A DNA stretch of 64,000 nt, taken from Paraspadella gotoi (Eukaryota; Animalia; Chaetognatha). This document shows, piece by piece, positions 1 to 28,622 of the stretch (position 1 is its first letter; the number at the start of each line of letters is the position of its first letter). The translations under genes were made by a program, and so were the position numbers. The notes below the pieces were generated by a model that ran no database searches, was not told the origin of the DNA, and saw nothing but the letters and a program-made list of their open reading frames with translations. The DNA lies in contig CM119269.1 in NCBI GenBank assembly GCA_051294375.1, forward strand, positions 19,753,936-19,817,935, written 5' to 3'.

Positions 1-16158
<16,158 letters not shown>

Positions 16159-17169
16159 GAGACATCCATCGGTTCGAAAAGCGATCACCTTCGAACGATC
16201 CAGATTCGAAATCGACTCGAAATAGAATTGATGGAAAATAACGAATCTCTTAATTTTGGATTCGAATTCAACCACTTGGATCCCAGTTATATCCAAAATA
16301 GCTCAACCTTTAATGACTGCTTAAACGTTTACATTTTCGACAAACAGTGTAATCATAAAGATTAACGTGGACATCAATCGCTTTATAGCTTTAGTATTTT
16401 CGTTTTAAATGTATTCTTTAATCAGATGAAAAGATTGATAAACTTTTTTTTTGTGACTAAATACACCATGGCCTATATTCTATAGTCTCTGGACTGTTGT
16501 CTATAGTCGTGAGTCTGTATTTGGTGGTCACTCTTATATAGCTAATATCGGTTTCTAGTTTATAGTATTTGTAATTTTGTACTACGCTTTTCTTCAATCG
16601 ATTGTGAAAGACGTTTATTCAGACGTTTTACCCGTCTTTTACCGTACCAACCCGTATGTTACCTTATAATTTGTTTTTCGGTCGTAGTAAAGAAGTTCGA
16701 TCAGAACGCGATTTGACTTCAGATTCCTTTAAATATAGATGTATCATTTTATATATTTTATATCATTTAGCCGTTTTTTTTAGGATAGAATCCAACAGCT
16801 ACCTGTGTGGACCCTATTTTGGTAACTTTTCAATCTACATTCTTTGTTAAATTTGTTTGTTTCCTAGTGTGTGTTTATGTTATGAAAATAGAAAACCCTC
16901 CTTCGCAGTTCTGCCTCTTACCTTTGTTTAAGGGAGTTGAGCGTTAGGATATCAAATGGTAAAATAATTTAGACTTAAGTTATTTTGCAACTCTATTGAA
17001 TTTTCTGTTTTGGTTTACTTTTTTAAAGAAAAAAAGCAAGAAAAATAGAGAGAAAGACAGAAAGAAAGAAAGAAAAAGAATTAAAAAATAAAGAAAGAAA
17101 GATAGTAAGAAAAAAAATTAAAGTAAAATAAATAAAAGGAAACAAAGGAAAAGAAAAATAAATTTCATG

Positions 17170-17390
17170 AAAAGAAAATAGAAAGAAAGAAATATAGAAA
17201 GAAATAAATAAAGAAATAAAGAAATAAATAAAGAAAGAAAGAAAGAAAGAAATAAAGAAATAAAAAAAAAAATAAATAAAGAAATAAAGAAACAAAGAAA
17301 GAAAGAAATAAAGAAAGAAATAAAGAAAGAAATAAAGAAAGAAATAAAGAAATAAAGAAATAAAGAAATAAAGAAATAAAGAAATGAAAA
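17170..17390. repeat. (AAAG/AAAT)n compound microsatellite
   Basis: Directly visible. Confidence 0.9.
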
Positions 17391-17777
17391 AAGAACAACG
17401 TTCAAAAAAATAGTAGTTAACGAAAAAAGTATTTTTAATGGTTCACTCACTCTCTCTGAAAAATAGTGCCGAGTGTCATTTTGTTTTTCCATTGTATCTT
17501 TCTCTCTTCTGAAGAGGCCGCGACTAGTGCCATGAGAAAGGCAAGCTCCGACGCAAGGAAGGAGAGAGAGAATGAAACGGAGAACGCTGATTGCCGGAAA
17601 CGAGGAAGAAGAGGAAGAGAGCGTCTCTGTCTCCGTCTCGCTTCTCCATCTATCTTTCTATCCCTCTCTCCAACTCTCTCTGCCCTTTTTTGTCAACCGA
17701 CAACAATTCGATACCCAAAGGAATTTTTTTTGTCCCTTACGCACCCCCGCGCCTCTTTATCCCTTTTTACTCAACCT

Positions 17778-17877
<100 letters not shown>

Positions 17878-18562
17878 TTTCTTCCCAGTCGTCGAACAAA
17901 ACTAACATGTCATCCAAACGAAAACAACAACAACAAAAACCGAAACATCAACAACAACAACAACAACAGCTATAGCAACAGTAACTCGACAAAGCTTTAA
18001 AAAAAACCCTAAACCAAATACTAGAATTACTACTAAAAAAAAGACTAAATGCTTTCTTTTCTACTCTTTTTGTACGTACAACCTAATTTTTGTACCGTGG
18101 TCCTAAAAAAAAAACCCTCCCATTGAGCGTCCGTCTTTGATCGCACATCCTATTGAGATAACGTCCGTCTTTTCGCGCGCATCTTTTGCGGGGATTTCCT
18201 TTGAGCAAAATTCTTAGTTTTCTCTACACTACGACTCTTCCAGCCTATTTTAACAAAGGTAAACCTATCAAGAAAAATTTGAAAAGAAATATAGAAAAAG
18301 AAAAAAAAAGACACTTAATTTTCTTGGTTTTCGAAACCCCCCCCTCCCTCCAGTGAGCTCTCTGATCTAACTCCACCGCCCTGACATAAACCCGTCCGGG
18401 AAACGACTCCTCCCGAGGACGTTAACCCCGCAGCGGCTCGTCCAGGAGCGTCGCTTTCCCACGAATCCCTCGGCAAGATTGCAATGCTTCCGCGACGCCT
18501 CCCGTCGTCGTGAGACCCTAAAAGGTCAAATACCTCCTTATTTATCCGATCGTTGCGTCGTC

Positions 18563-19351
18563 ATGGAAACCAAACTCTCGCTCATCTTCTTCTCGTTGAC
18601 TCTTTGCTTTTTCTCTCGCTGTGACAAAACTGAGGCTGTCGGTGACCCGGGCGGCGCCGGCCATTTCGCGTCCGCCGATTCCCCCGCCGCCGGAGGCTCG
18701 ACTATCGGCGTCGGATCGCCATCCCTCGCCGGCGTCGCGGATCGGAAGGTGGCTTTGATGAAAAGACTGGCGCGAGGGAAAGCTGGCCTCGGCGGCGCCA
18801 TCGGCAACGGCGGCGCCAGCGTCGGCGGAACCGCCGCTCCGCCCGGCGACGCCGCCTTGAAGGGCGCCGGCCAGAGGGGCGACGAACGAAAACCAGACTC
18901 TGTTGAGGAGGAGGATCGAAGACGAGTGGGAGGAAAGGGAGGAACTGGAGACGGCGAAGAGAGGAAGAAGACGAGGAAAGGGATGCGCCGGAGAAAACCT
19001 ATCGGCGGCGGCGGCGGCGGCGGCCTCCTGAAGACGTCCTCCATCTCACGGAGTCTCCAGGACTTCTTCGGGTTTGGGCCGCCGCGGCGTCGCAAGCGTC
19101 CCGTCCGCAAAGGCGCCCACTGGAAGTTTCCCATCGACTACAGGGGCAAAGATCGGGAAGGGGAGATCACCCTGCCCTTGCGGAGCGCAACTGCCAAGCC
19201 GCTCGGGTTGGCCACGACCTATTCGGGCCTGGCGCTCGGCGTTCTCCTTATCGGACTCATCTCTTCCGCGATCTTCCTCTTCCTCTGCGAGGATTTAAGA
19301 CTCGTCTGCACTTACTTCTCTGTGCCAACCAAAGAGAGGAATGTTAATTAA
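18563..19351 (+). CDS. Intronless predicted type I membrane protein: signal peptide, Gly/Ala-rich and basic low-complexity ectodomain, C-terminal TM helix
   Basis: GC-rich open frame of 262 codons in AT-rich surroundings. ATG at 18563 gives METKLSLIFFSLTLCFFSRC (signal-like); hydrophobic GLALGVLLIGLISSAIFLFLC near the C-terminus; TAA at 19349-19351. No family recognised. Confidence 0.7.
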   Translation: METKLSLIFFSLTLCFFSRCDKTEAVGDPGGAGHFASADSPAAGGSTIGVGSPSLAGVADRKVALMKRLARGKAGLGGAIGNGGASVGGTAAPPGDAALKGAGQRGDERKPDSVEEEDRRRVGGKGGTGDGEERKKTRKGMRRRKPIGGGGGGGLLKTSSISRSLQDFFGFGPPRRRKRPVRKGAHWKFPIDYRGKDREGEITLPLRSATAKPLGLATTYSGLALGVLLIGLISSAIFLFLCEDLRLVCTYFSVPTKERNVN

Positions 19352-22138
19352 TAGTCAAATAAACGGAAGACTTTCTCGGGCTGCGCATTTCATGCCAATT
19401 TCTATTTCATTTTTTTTCTTTTCTTTTAATCTTCCCACTTTCACCTCTTCCTCTTCTCCTTCCCCATTCTATTCCCCTTCCTCTTCCTCCTCTCCCTTCC
19501 CAATTGTGCCCTAAGAAAAAAAAAAGTCTGAACATTTTTTTTTTCAAGACCAAAAATTAACCAAACTCATTCACGCATTTTTTAAAGTCCAAAGATTCCA
19601 ACTGTCCAATGACTAGGCCAATGTTCCCCGTCATCAAGTAGTACAATTCTTCCAAAAAATATTACTTTAATAAAAAAAAGTAGGTTTAACCCTCACGCCT
19701 CCAAACGTACAGACGAGAAACACAGAATTACTACTTTTCACGTGAAATTCTCAAACCATAGTCAACTTCTGATTTTCCTCTCGTAATTTCGCTAATTTTT
19801 GTCAGTTATGAAGCAATAGAGATTAGCTTTTTTTCTCCAATTCGAATTGTCAAAAAAAAAAAATAAATTAATAACAGTCGTTGAGTAAAGCGACGCAATT
19901 GCTATACGTTTTGTCCTCCTCCGGATGTCCTTTGGTTTATTGAAGCTCTTCTCCTTTCATGCTGTTCCGTTATCGCTTGTCTTTCTATGTTTCCAATTCG
20001 ATCCCATTTCGTACTTTCGAAAAAAAGAGTCCGTTAAATACTCAACTTTCAAACCACTTTGCCCAAATCAAATACGTATTGATGGATAAAAATAAAAAAG
20101 AGAATGGATGGGAGGTAAGAATAGGACGGTAATTAGGACAAAGGGTTAAATGGGGAAAAAAGTTTAAAGACAAAGGTAAGAAATAGTGGATAGTTTGAGC
20201 TACTATCTTTTAATAATGTTTGGACCTTAAAGTTAAACAGTAGCGCTGACGCGGCTTTGTGGGCCTTGATAATTTTTAAATATTTTTTTTTCCATTTGGT
20301 ACAAAGTTATTTTCTATCAAATTTTCTTTATTTTATTCTTTCTTTAACCTAAAGACAATTATTGAATATTGAAAATGTAGTTTATACTTTTTTAACATAC
20401 CAACATGGGACATAGAGCTTAAAACTTTCCTTTGCAATCTATTTAATCATCGCGGCCCACTGGTTTTAGCGATTAGCCTCAACAGAAACGGCTGCCGCCT
20501 TCCTCATGGCAACTGCTTCACCGTTTTTTATCACCCTTTTTTCTCTTTTTTTCACTTTTTTCTACCCAATTTAGATTAAAAATGCTCCGATTTATTTCAT
20601 TCAAAATATAAAAAAACATCGTAATACCACAAACATCACGGATCACAGATGATTCAATACATAACACAGATCACAGATGAATCAATACAAAACACAGATA
20701 AATTGTTACATTACTCGGACGAATCGTCACAAACTCACAACCATTTTTTCGTACTAAAAAGATTTTAGCTCATTTTTTATTGATTTATATTATACGGTTG
20801 AGCATGGGCAATATTCGCAAGTAGTCGCTTAACTAATTTTTCCTTGATTGCTATTAATCCAAGACCCGACGATATGTAGTCGATTAGAAAGAAAAACCCT
20901 TCAGTATTCCTCCCGTCTTAAAGGGAGCAAGCCTTCCGCCATCTATGCACCGAAAACCAAAACAAACAAACAAAACCCAAGCCGTGACTATTTTCTCCCG
21001 AAAGTATTTCTAACTATGTACCTTTTGTTTTGTTTTGTTTTTGTACTTATGTGTCTCGCTTTCAAAGCATTTGGTCAAACTGTAGAAAACGTACGATCCT
21101 TTGAAAAAGTCGTACAATATTTGAGAAGAAATTAATCTCAAATTGAAATTTTTTTACTTTAAACTTGATAGAGAAAAAATCTCTCTTGGAACATCAGCTC
21201 AACGGTTTGTTTTAAAGTCCGATGTAGGCTTTAGAGCCAATTTACTCCAAATTATTTTTTTTTTTTGCTTTACGATAAAACGTCTTTGTTTATTTTTTTT
21301 CAGTCGTTATTGCCGATAGGAATACATTCGTGTGTTCGTAAGAATGTGCCTCGCAAACCTTTGCTTTAATGTAAATGAAAAATAATGATTTAAGTGGTCA
21401 TAAAACTAAAAAAAATACAGGTTAGACAATGATTAGTTCCTTCGTTTTGAATCAATAACAGTCTTTATACTTTTTACTCATATTTTTTTCTAAAAGATAA
21501 CACAAATTCTCTGCTACCAAAGAAATCATGTATCGCCTCCAAAATTTTTGCACATGAATTTTTTACTACTTCATAAAAAACGAAAAAAAATCGCCTTTTT
21601 TCAAGTTATTTTGCCTCATTACTCATTTACGGTGTTTGTCTAGTGATTGTACAATCATTTAGAAACTATATTTACATTCTTTACAGTATTTCAAGAACTT
21701 TCCTATTGTGATCTGTGCCATACATATATGACCATTATATTATTGTATGATCAGGTAAAAGTATTAGTTGAACATTTACATTTGTATTGGGTTTTGCATG
21801 TTTTGAACAAAATGACATCTCGAATCAATTCAAATACATCAAAAGTTTGTTTTTAAACTTTCTTTTTTACGTATAAGTAAGTAGTTAAGGGCGTTTTGAA
21901 TAACGTTGTTTATGCATTAAACAGCGAGAAAAAACTTTTTGGTTTGACCCGTCTCTTTTTTCCCTTAAGCAATGTTGCAACATTTCGATACCACGTTACA
22001 ACATACAACATGTTCTAAAATGATTAACATGATGTGATTTTTTTTTCAATCAGATTACATCGTAACTCTCACAAATATTTCGTAGAGTCTATTTTAGACA
22101 GAATTTTTTTTTCTCCCTTCCTCCATATTCTCCTCTGA

Positions 22139-22688
22139 TCAAAATTCGATCTCATTCTTCTCTTTTATCTTTTCTCTTCCTCCGTTGCCATCAGTCCAAC
22201 CATTGTCCGCCGGCGACATTTCTCCTTCGGCGTCATTGTCCGGCGTCCTTATTATCCCGGATGTGAAACCGACGTCCTCCCCGGATGAGATAGGATCTTT
22301 CGGCGCCATTTTCGGTTCAAAGTCAGCGTTTGGATGTCGTTTGGTTCGCCGCCAAAACACGCGGCGCCACTCACACCCGGAATAAACGCCAACGTCGGCG
22401 CCGCCGCAAAAGTGGGCGCGGAAAAAGACGCCTCCGAAGCAGAGGAAATAGAAAAACTTGAGCGCCGAATTTAGGACGATAAATAAAACGGAAATGGAAG
22501 ACAAAAGGGCAGCGCAAGACGAGGGAAAACTAAATGGAAACAAATGAATTTAAAAGAGGCAAGGGGAAACTTGACATAGAAAAAAAAAAGGAAAGTGACA
22601 TTAAGATGGTAAGAACTAGAAAAATCGAAAGACGGAATAAAGGGCAAGCACGACAAGGTTCATTCTCGGTCCGTCAAGAAAAAAGATT

Positions 22689-22738
<50 letters not shown>

Positions 22739-24879
22739 AAGACGTTCCACCTGAGATTGGCTCCCGCGTAAAAAAGGTCATCTCCCATCGTTAAGGTTCG
22801 ATTGAGTCGAAGATCTTCGCGACACACTCCGATGACGTCATGTTCATGGTGCAGAAGCCACGGGGCCATCGAAGCGAGGTTCGTCAAGGCCACGGGGATC
22901 GTGAGTGTGAGAAGGGCCTCCGTAGGAGAGCGAACAAAAGGCGAGCGGACTGAAGAAAAAAGAAGTATAGATCGAAGTTCAAAATGAAAAAGGTTTCCTC
23001 TTATTATGTAGAAAAAACAGCCTCCATTTTGTTCTCTTACGTAGTATTAAAAAACTATTGATACGTGGTTAAACCGTGGTGACGGGTGAATTAGTTTGTT
23101 TTTACTTCCACAAAAGTAATAAGCTATTTTTGAAATTTAGATTCTTGAATCTTGGCAAGATTACTCCTCGTGAATTTTTTTTGTTTTGGTAACTTAAAAA
23201 TAATTATATGTCTAACATGACTTGGGTTCGAATCTCCCTAAGTTATATTATCATACATTTATCTTTTTATCCGATATTCTCATGAGCTCACTTTTTTTTT
23301 CCACCTAGATATCATTTCTTTTTCACCTTTTGCCCGGCAGAACTTCTGAATTTTGTAGTAGGATAAAAACAGAGCAGTGACGCCGGCGACGACGATGTCG
23401 AGGAAAGAGAGCGCCGCTATTGAACGCCGCGTGAAGCGTAGTTCCTGCACAGTCACTGCCGACGCTGCCGACGCTGCCGACGCCACCGCCAATGCCTTCG
23501 TTTTAAAAATACAGTCAGACACAGAGTGCTCAATTAATAAGAGGACTTGACAGGTGGTTGTCGTCGTTGTTTCGGTTGGTTGTCATATCGTAGACAATTA
23601 ATATCATTCAAAAATTCGTTTTGGCTTTTTTATTTATTTATAATTTACAGATTCTTTGTATTTTGCCGTAGGAAAACTGAATTAAAACTTGGCATAAAAT
23701 ATTTGTACCGGACAAGAGAGGCTCACTTGGTAGCCGAAAATGTGTTGGCAGGCGTACAGAGCAGCAGGCGGTAAAACCCCAGAAAGAATATAAGACGCAG
23801 CGATTATCCAATTGCTGATGTTGATTTATTGTCGAGTAAAAGAAAAAAAAATAATTTAATTAAAAATTAATTCGTAAATTAAACGATTTGAATCGATTTA
23901 ATTTACTAATCTAATTGCATTCACTAACTTGACGGGAAACTCGGCGGCTTTTGGGCGAAAGAGAACCTGGCAGGAATAAGAAAACGAATATGATCCATCT
24001 TGGCCAATAAACATTTAATTACCACATTGATTCGCTGATCAGCAGTTGCGCCTACAGAAACAAAAGGCGCAAACAACCACGACGACGACAACCTTGAAAG
24101 GATGGATCCAACTAAAGACGAAGGCTGTGACAGCGACGAGGATGTTCGAGGGAACGAAGAGGTGCGGCCAGACCTGGTGGAATCGCCCGTCGGCCGTGGA
24201 CGCCCAGATTCCTGAATGGGGATATACTTACGACGCTGAAATAGAAATGCACGAAGCGGGGGCGAATCTCCCCCCCCCCATTATTATAATGGTATTTTTT
24301 TTCGTTGACGCTCCGATATCTTACAAGTCGCTCTGAAGGTTTATTTTCACTTTTCACGAAGACGTTCATTAAAATAAACTTGGAATTGTAACTGCAGGGC
24401 TTAAAACTGTATTAAATACCATGAAAGCTCGAACTAACTAACTCACTCACTCAAGTTTCGTTTTTCGCGCTGCCAGGTTTTCGTCCTCAGCCTAGATGAC
24501 TCGGGGGGGGGAAGATCCGCTCTCTCTGTTGTCTAACTTCTCATCCTTAACGTGTCCTTCTCTTAACGACCATTTCAACCCCCCCACCTACCCTTACACT
24601 CACCCCCCCCAGCAAGTTTTCCTCACCCCTAATCTGCAAGCGGCACCGAGAGCGTGACGACGTCGCTCGGCCAGAAGACATCGATAGTAAAGACTCGAAG
24701 CAAAGGCCGAGACAGCGAATGAAGAGTAAGAACCGAGTCAGTTGAGATCTGACGAGGACGACGGAGACTATCACGTTGAGTACCACGCCCACCACCGCCG
24801 TCCCCAGCGCCGCCTGGAGGACCGGCGATGACGAGGAAGACGACGATGAAGAAAAAGAAGACGACATTACTTCCCTCAT
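22139..24879 (-). CDS. Divergent class A-like 7TM receptor, 7 exons
   Basis: Minus-strand exons 24879-24627, 24211-24093, 24051-24023, 23814-23727, 23444-23327, 22949-22751, 22529-22139; all junctions GT-AG and phase-compatible. TM1 LGTAVVGVVLNVIVSVVLVR; ICL2-like IHPFKAQLLIS; TM4 WIIAASYILSGVLPP; TM5 ending LFLSYYKIQKFCR; TM6 ALLTLTIPVALTNLASMAPW; TM7 LFIVLNSALKFFYFLCFGGVFFRAHF. Confidence 0.78.
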
Positions 24880-25078
24880 TTATCGGTCGAAAACGAGAGG
24901 AACTTTTTTGGAGGAAGACTATTTTCAGAAATTTGTCGTCTAGTTTTCTGTTGCGTCCACAGCTTTGTTATATTTCTCGCCAAAGAGAAGTTAACGTCTT
25001 CATTTCGATTCATCAATTTTTTTTTCTTTGATTTTTGTTTTGACTCAAATCTCTTCATTCGGGTGTAAATTCCGCGAG

Positions 25079-25123
<45 letters not shown>

Positions 25124-25198
25124 CTCTCTCTCTACCTTCGCGTCTATCTTAGTGGTCTTTCGCTTATCGCGCTTATCGCTCTCCTTCTCTTTATATTT

Positions 25199-25229
<31 letters not shown>

Positions 25230-27328
25230 TCTCTCTCCCCTTTTTTTCTCTCTCTCTCTCTCGTTTTGTTTATTTCCTACTCGTTTGTTTATCTTCCACT
25301 CGAAGAATTTTTCTTTCGGTCGGATGGAGAGATAGGGGTGAGAGACTTGAACTCCTTCCTCTTCCTCCTCCTTTCCTTCTTCGCCCCTCGTTTACTTTGT
25401 CTTTACATCTTTACTTCCCTACCAACCTTCCTCTGTTCTCTCTTTCGTCTTCCTCTCTCTCTCTATTTATTTTTCTTTCCTCTTATTCCTTCAACGTTCG
25501 TCTTCTTCCTCTTCCTTTTTTTTTTAAACTTCCTCCCTTCATCGTTTTACCTACCCGCTCCTTCTATATCCAGCCCACTCTTTTAAACATTTTTCCTTCC
25601 CCCTTTCTATTTTCTCCTTTTCTTTCCTCCTTTCTCCTCATTGCTCCATCCCCTTTTTTCCCTTCTCTTCTGACGTTCGGAGGATCGAGACCCGAATTAC
25701 GAATCCAATCGGAGAAGGTCTTAAGGGGTGGGAGTTGTTGTTGTTGTTGCAGTTTTTAGTGTAACTCCAATCGATTAAAATATAGACCAAGTATCTTTTC
25801 TTTTTTCATCCATTTGTAGAATGCTTCACAGTGTCTTGCTTTGTAAAATTATTACCTAACTCACGATACTAATTTTCTTTTTTGAACAAAGCGAAAAAAA
25901 ATTTTTTTCGGCTATTGTTTTTTTATAAATCCATTCGTTCATCCGAAGATTTCCTGAACAAAACTAACTGCTAAAAGGTATCTTATTGTAAATTATCTCA
26001 AAACATTATTAAAACAAAGAACTTTGTGGTATGAATATATGAAACACAATTTTCGTCTCAATGTCGAGTTTATTATACTGATGCACGAACAAAATCTACG
26101 TATGTTGTCACCAACTATAAATTAAATTTATTTCAAAGCAACATTTAAATAAAAAAAATATCATGAGAATTATTATCAAAACAATTCGTTTGTATTTTCT
26201 TTTCTGTTCACAAGGTAAATCCTTTTGATGTGCTGATTAAACACTTTATGTTTTTGGAAATACTCTGCTTTTTGAAAAGAGGGTTACTAAAGGAGTTTAC
26301 ATACAATTTTCTTTTAATTATATTAATATTTCAATAAATGATTTTTTGCAAAGTAAGAAACGTTAATTTTATAAAAATCCAAGGAGGCACGTCAATCTTA
26401 TAAATGAATCAACTACGTAAAACGCAAGTTAGAAAAAAATTTCTTTATTACATTTTTATGAATTTCAGCTACTAAATCATATAATAATAAATATTTCTAT
26501 GAAACAGTACTTGTCTGAAGATATTAAGCTTCTAGCGAAATTACACAAATCAAAATCTTTTTTATTAAATTTCATGCACTCTGTATAGACATATCGTTAA
26601 GTTCATACTAAAATAATAAAAAAATTGGGAGAACCATTGTAAGTTAAAAGTATTTACATGATGATTCTTCATACTTTATCTTTTTTATTTAACGATGATT
26701 GAGAACAAAAAGATTTTACAGCAGCAAATGACTTTGTTCTCAAACCTAGGGGAAAGTGATACCCATATTTTCGGTATAAAGCCAGGTTTAAACATACCTT
26801 TAAAATACGACAATTGCGAAAACCAGCTTCAGTGAAACCCTCTTTGAAATCAACAGCTTTTTTTATTTCAATTTGTTGTCTTGAAAATACTTTAAAAAGA
26901 GTTGTTTTTTTTTAATTTTTCGACTTTGAGCGCAAAAGTTATACACAGATTACGTATGTGAAAAAATAGTACAATAGAATTTGTATTAGAAGTCATGGTA
27001 ACAAAAGATTATTAACAAATTTAGAGTGTATAAGATACGAGAAATGGGTGATATGTTGATAATTATTATTACCTTAAATTTAAGTATTAATTCTCTGGCC
27101 TTTTTTGGTCAGTTTGAAATAATAAATTTCACCGCATTTTTCTAAAGATTAAAAAAACTCGGATAGTGTAGATATAGTAAGATTGTCTCATTTTTGTTTT
27201 TAAACCCTAGCTTGGCGACACCTTTAGCATAACTAAAAAGTAAAACGAAAGTAAAAGAACAACGCGACTCCTGGGCAATGCTGGGCCGCTGCAAAAATTG
27301 TGCGGTGCGGCGGAGAGAGAGAGCAGAG

Positions 27329-27370
<42 letters not shown>

Positions 27371-28553
27371 GAGAGAGAGAGATAAGAGAGAGAGAGAGAG
27401 AGAGAAGAAGAAGAGAGAGAGAGAGAGAAGAGAGAAGAGAGAGAGAGCAGAGAGAGAGAGAGAGAGGAGAAGAGAGAGAGAGAGAAAGCGAGGCTCGCCA
27501 CATAAGAAAATTGCATGGAGCGCGAAAAGGAGGCCTGGAGCTGCAACAGGGAGCTGACGGAAGGAAGACCACTGAATGTTTTAATGTTGAGAGAAGAGGA
27601 GAAGGAGAGAGGAGGAGAGAGAAGAGGAGTGAGAAAGAGAGAGAGAGAAGAGAGAAGAGAGAGAGAGAGAGAGAGAAGAGAGAGAGTTNNNNNNNNNNNN
27701 NNNNNNNNNNNNNGAGTTTCATATAAATTTGAAAGGAGGGAAAATAGAAAGTTGTTGCACCAAATGAGCACCATGACATTACGAGTTACGATATGTACAA
27801 TAGAAAATAAGAAAATCGCCAAAAAAAGAGGGTCATAGCTTTTTTTGAGCTCGTTTATTTTTGAGGAATAGTATTTTCGTCACCGTTTGCGATAAAAAAA
27901 TCATTTCAGGTTCAGACACGAAACGAAAAATGTCATTCTCTTATCTGATTAGAAATTTTGCACCATTGAAAAAATGACGTAATCCGCGCCGTGCTTTTTA
28001 ATTAATTAGCAACTAATTTCGTAATCCTCTTTCGATTAATAGATTAAACAAATAAATCGTTAAATAAATTGTGTTATTTATACAAAATCAATTTTAATGA
28101 AATGAGGATTTTTTTTTCTTTTGGCGCGAAAAAAGTTGATATGTTGTTTCTTGGGAGCGACTCTGAGCGAATGAGGGAAGTTGACTACGAACTAGATTGG
28201 CCTAATTTTGTTTAAAAAAAAATTACTATGATGCGGGAGATTTTGTATCGTTTGGAAAAAAAAATGAATAGATAAAATTAGGCAACAGTTTTTCTTAAAA
28301 CAATAATTTAATTTTAATAATATTGTAATTTTTATAATTTACAGAAACTGTTAATGAATAAAGAATAAAACTGAACAATAATTGAGTCTAAAAACTAAAC
28401 TTTTTTTTCTTTCCATCGTTTAGCCTTAAATTTGTTTAGAGGAACAAAATGAAAAAAAGCAAATGACTGTGAATAAAAAAAAGTAAGTCTTTACTTTTAT
28501 CGTTTCATTGTAAAAAAAAGAACTAAAAAAAAAAACCTTTGTTTTTTGTTAGC

Positions 28554-28622
<69 letters not shown>

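Noticed and set aside
22440-22480. TM7 Lys as an opsin retinal-binding residue
   Set aside because: It aligns to the Asn of NPxxY (7.49), not to position 7.43, and no other opsin motifs are present.
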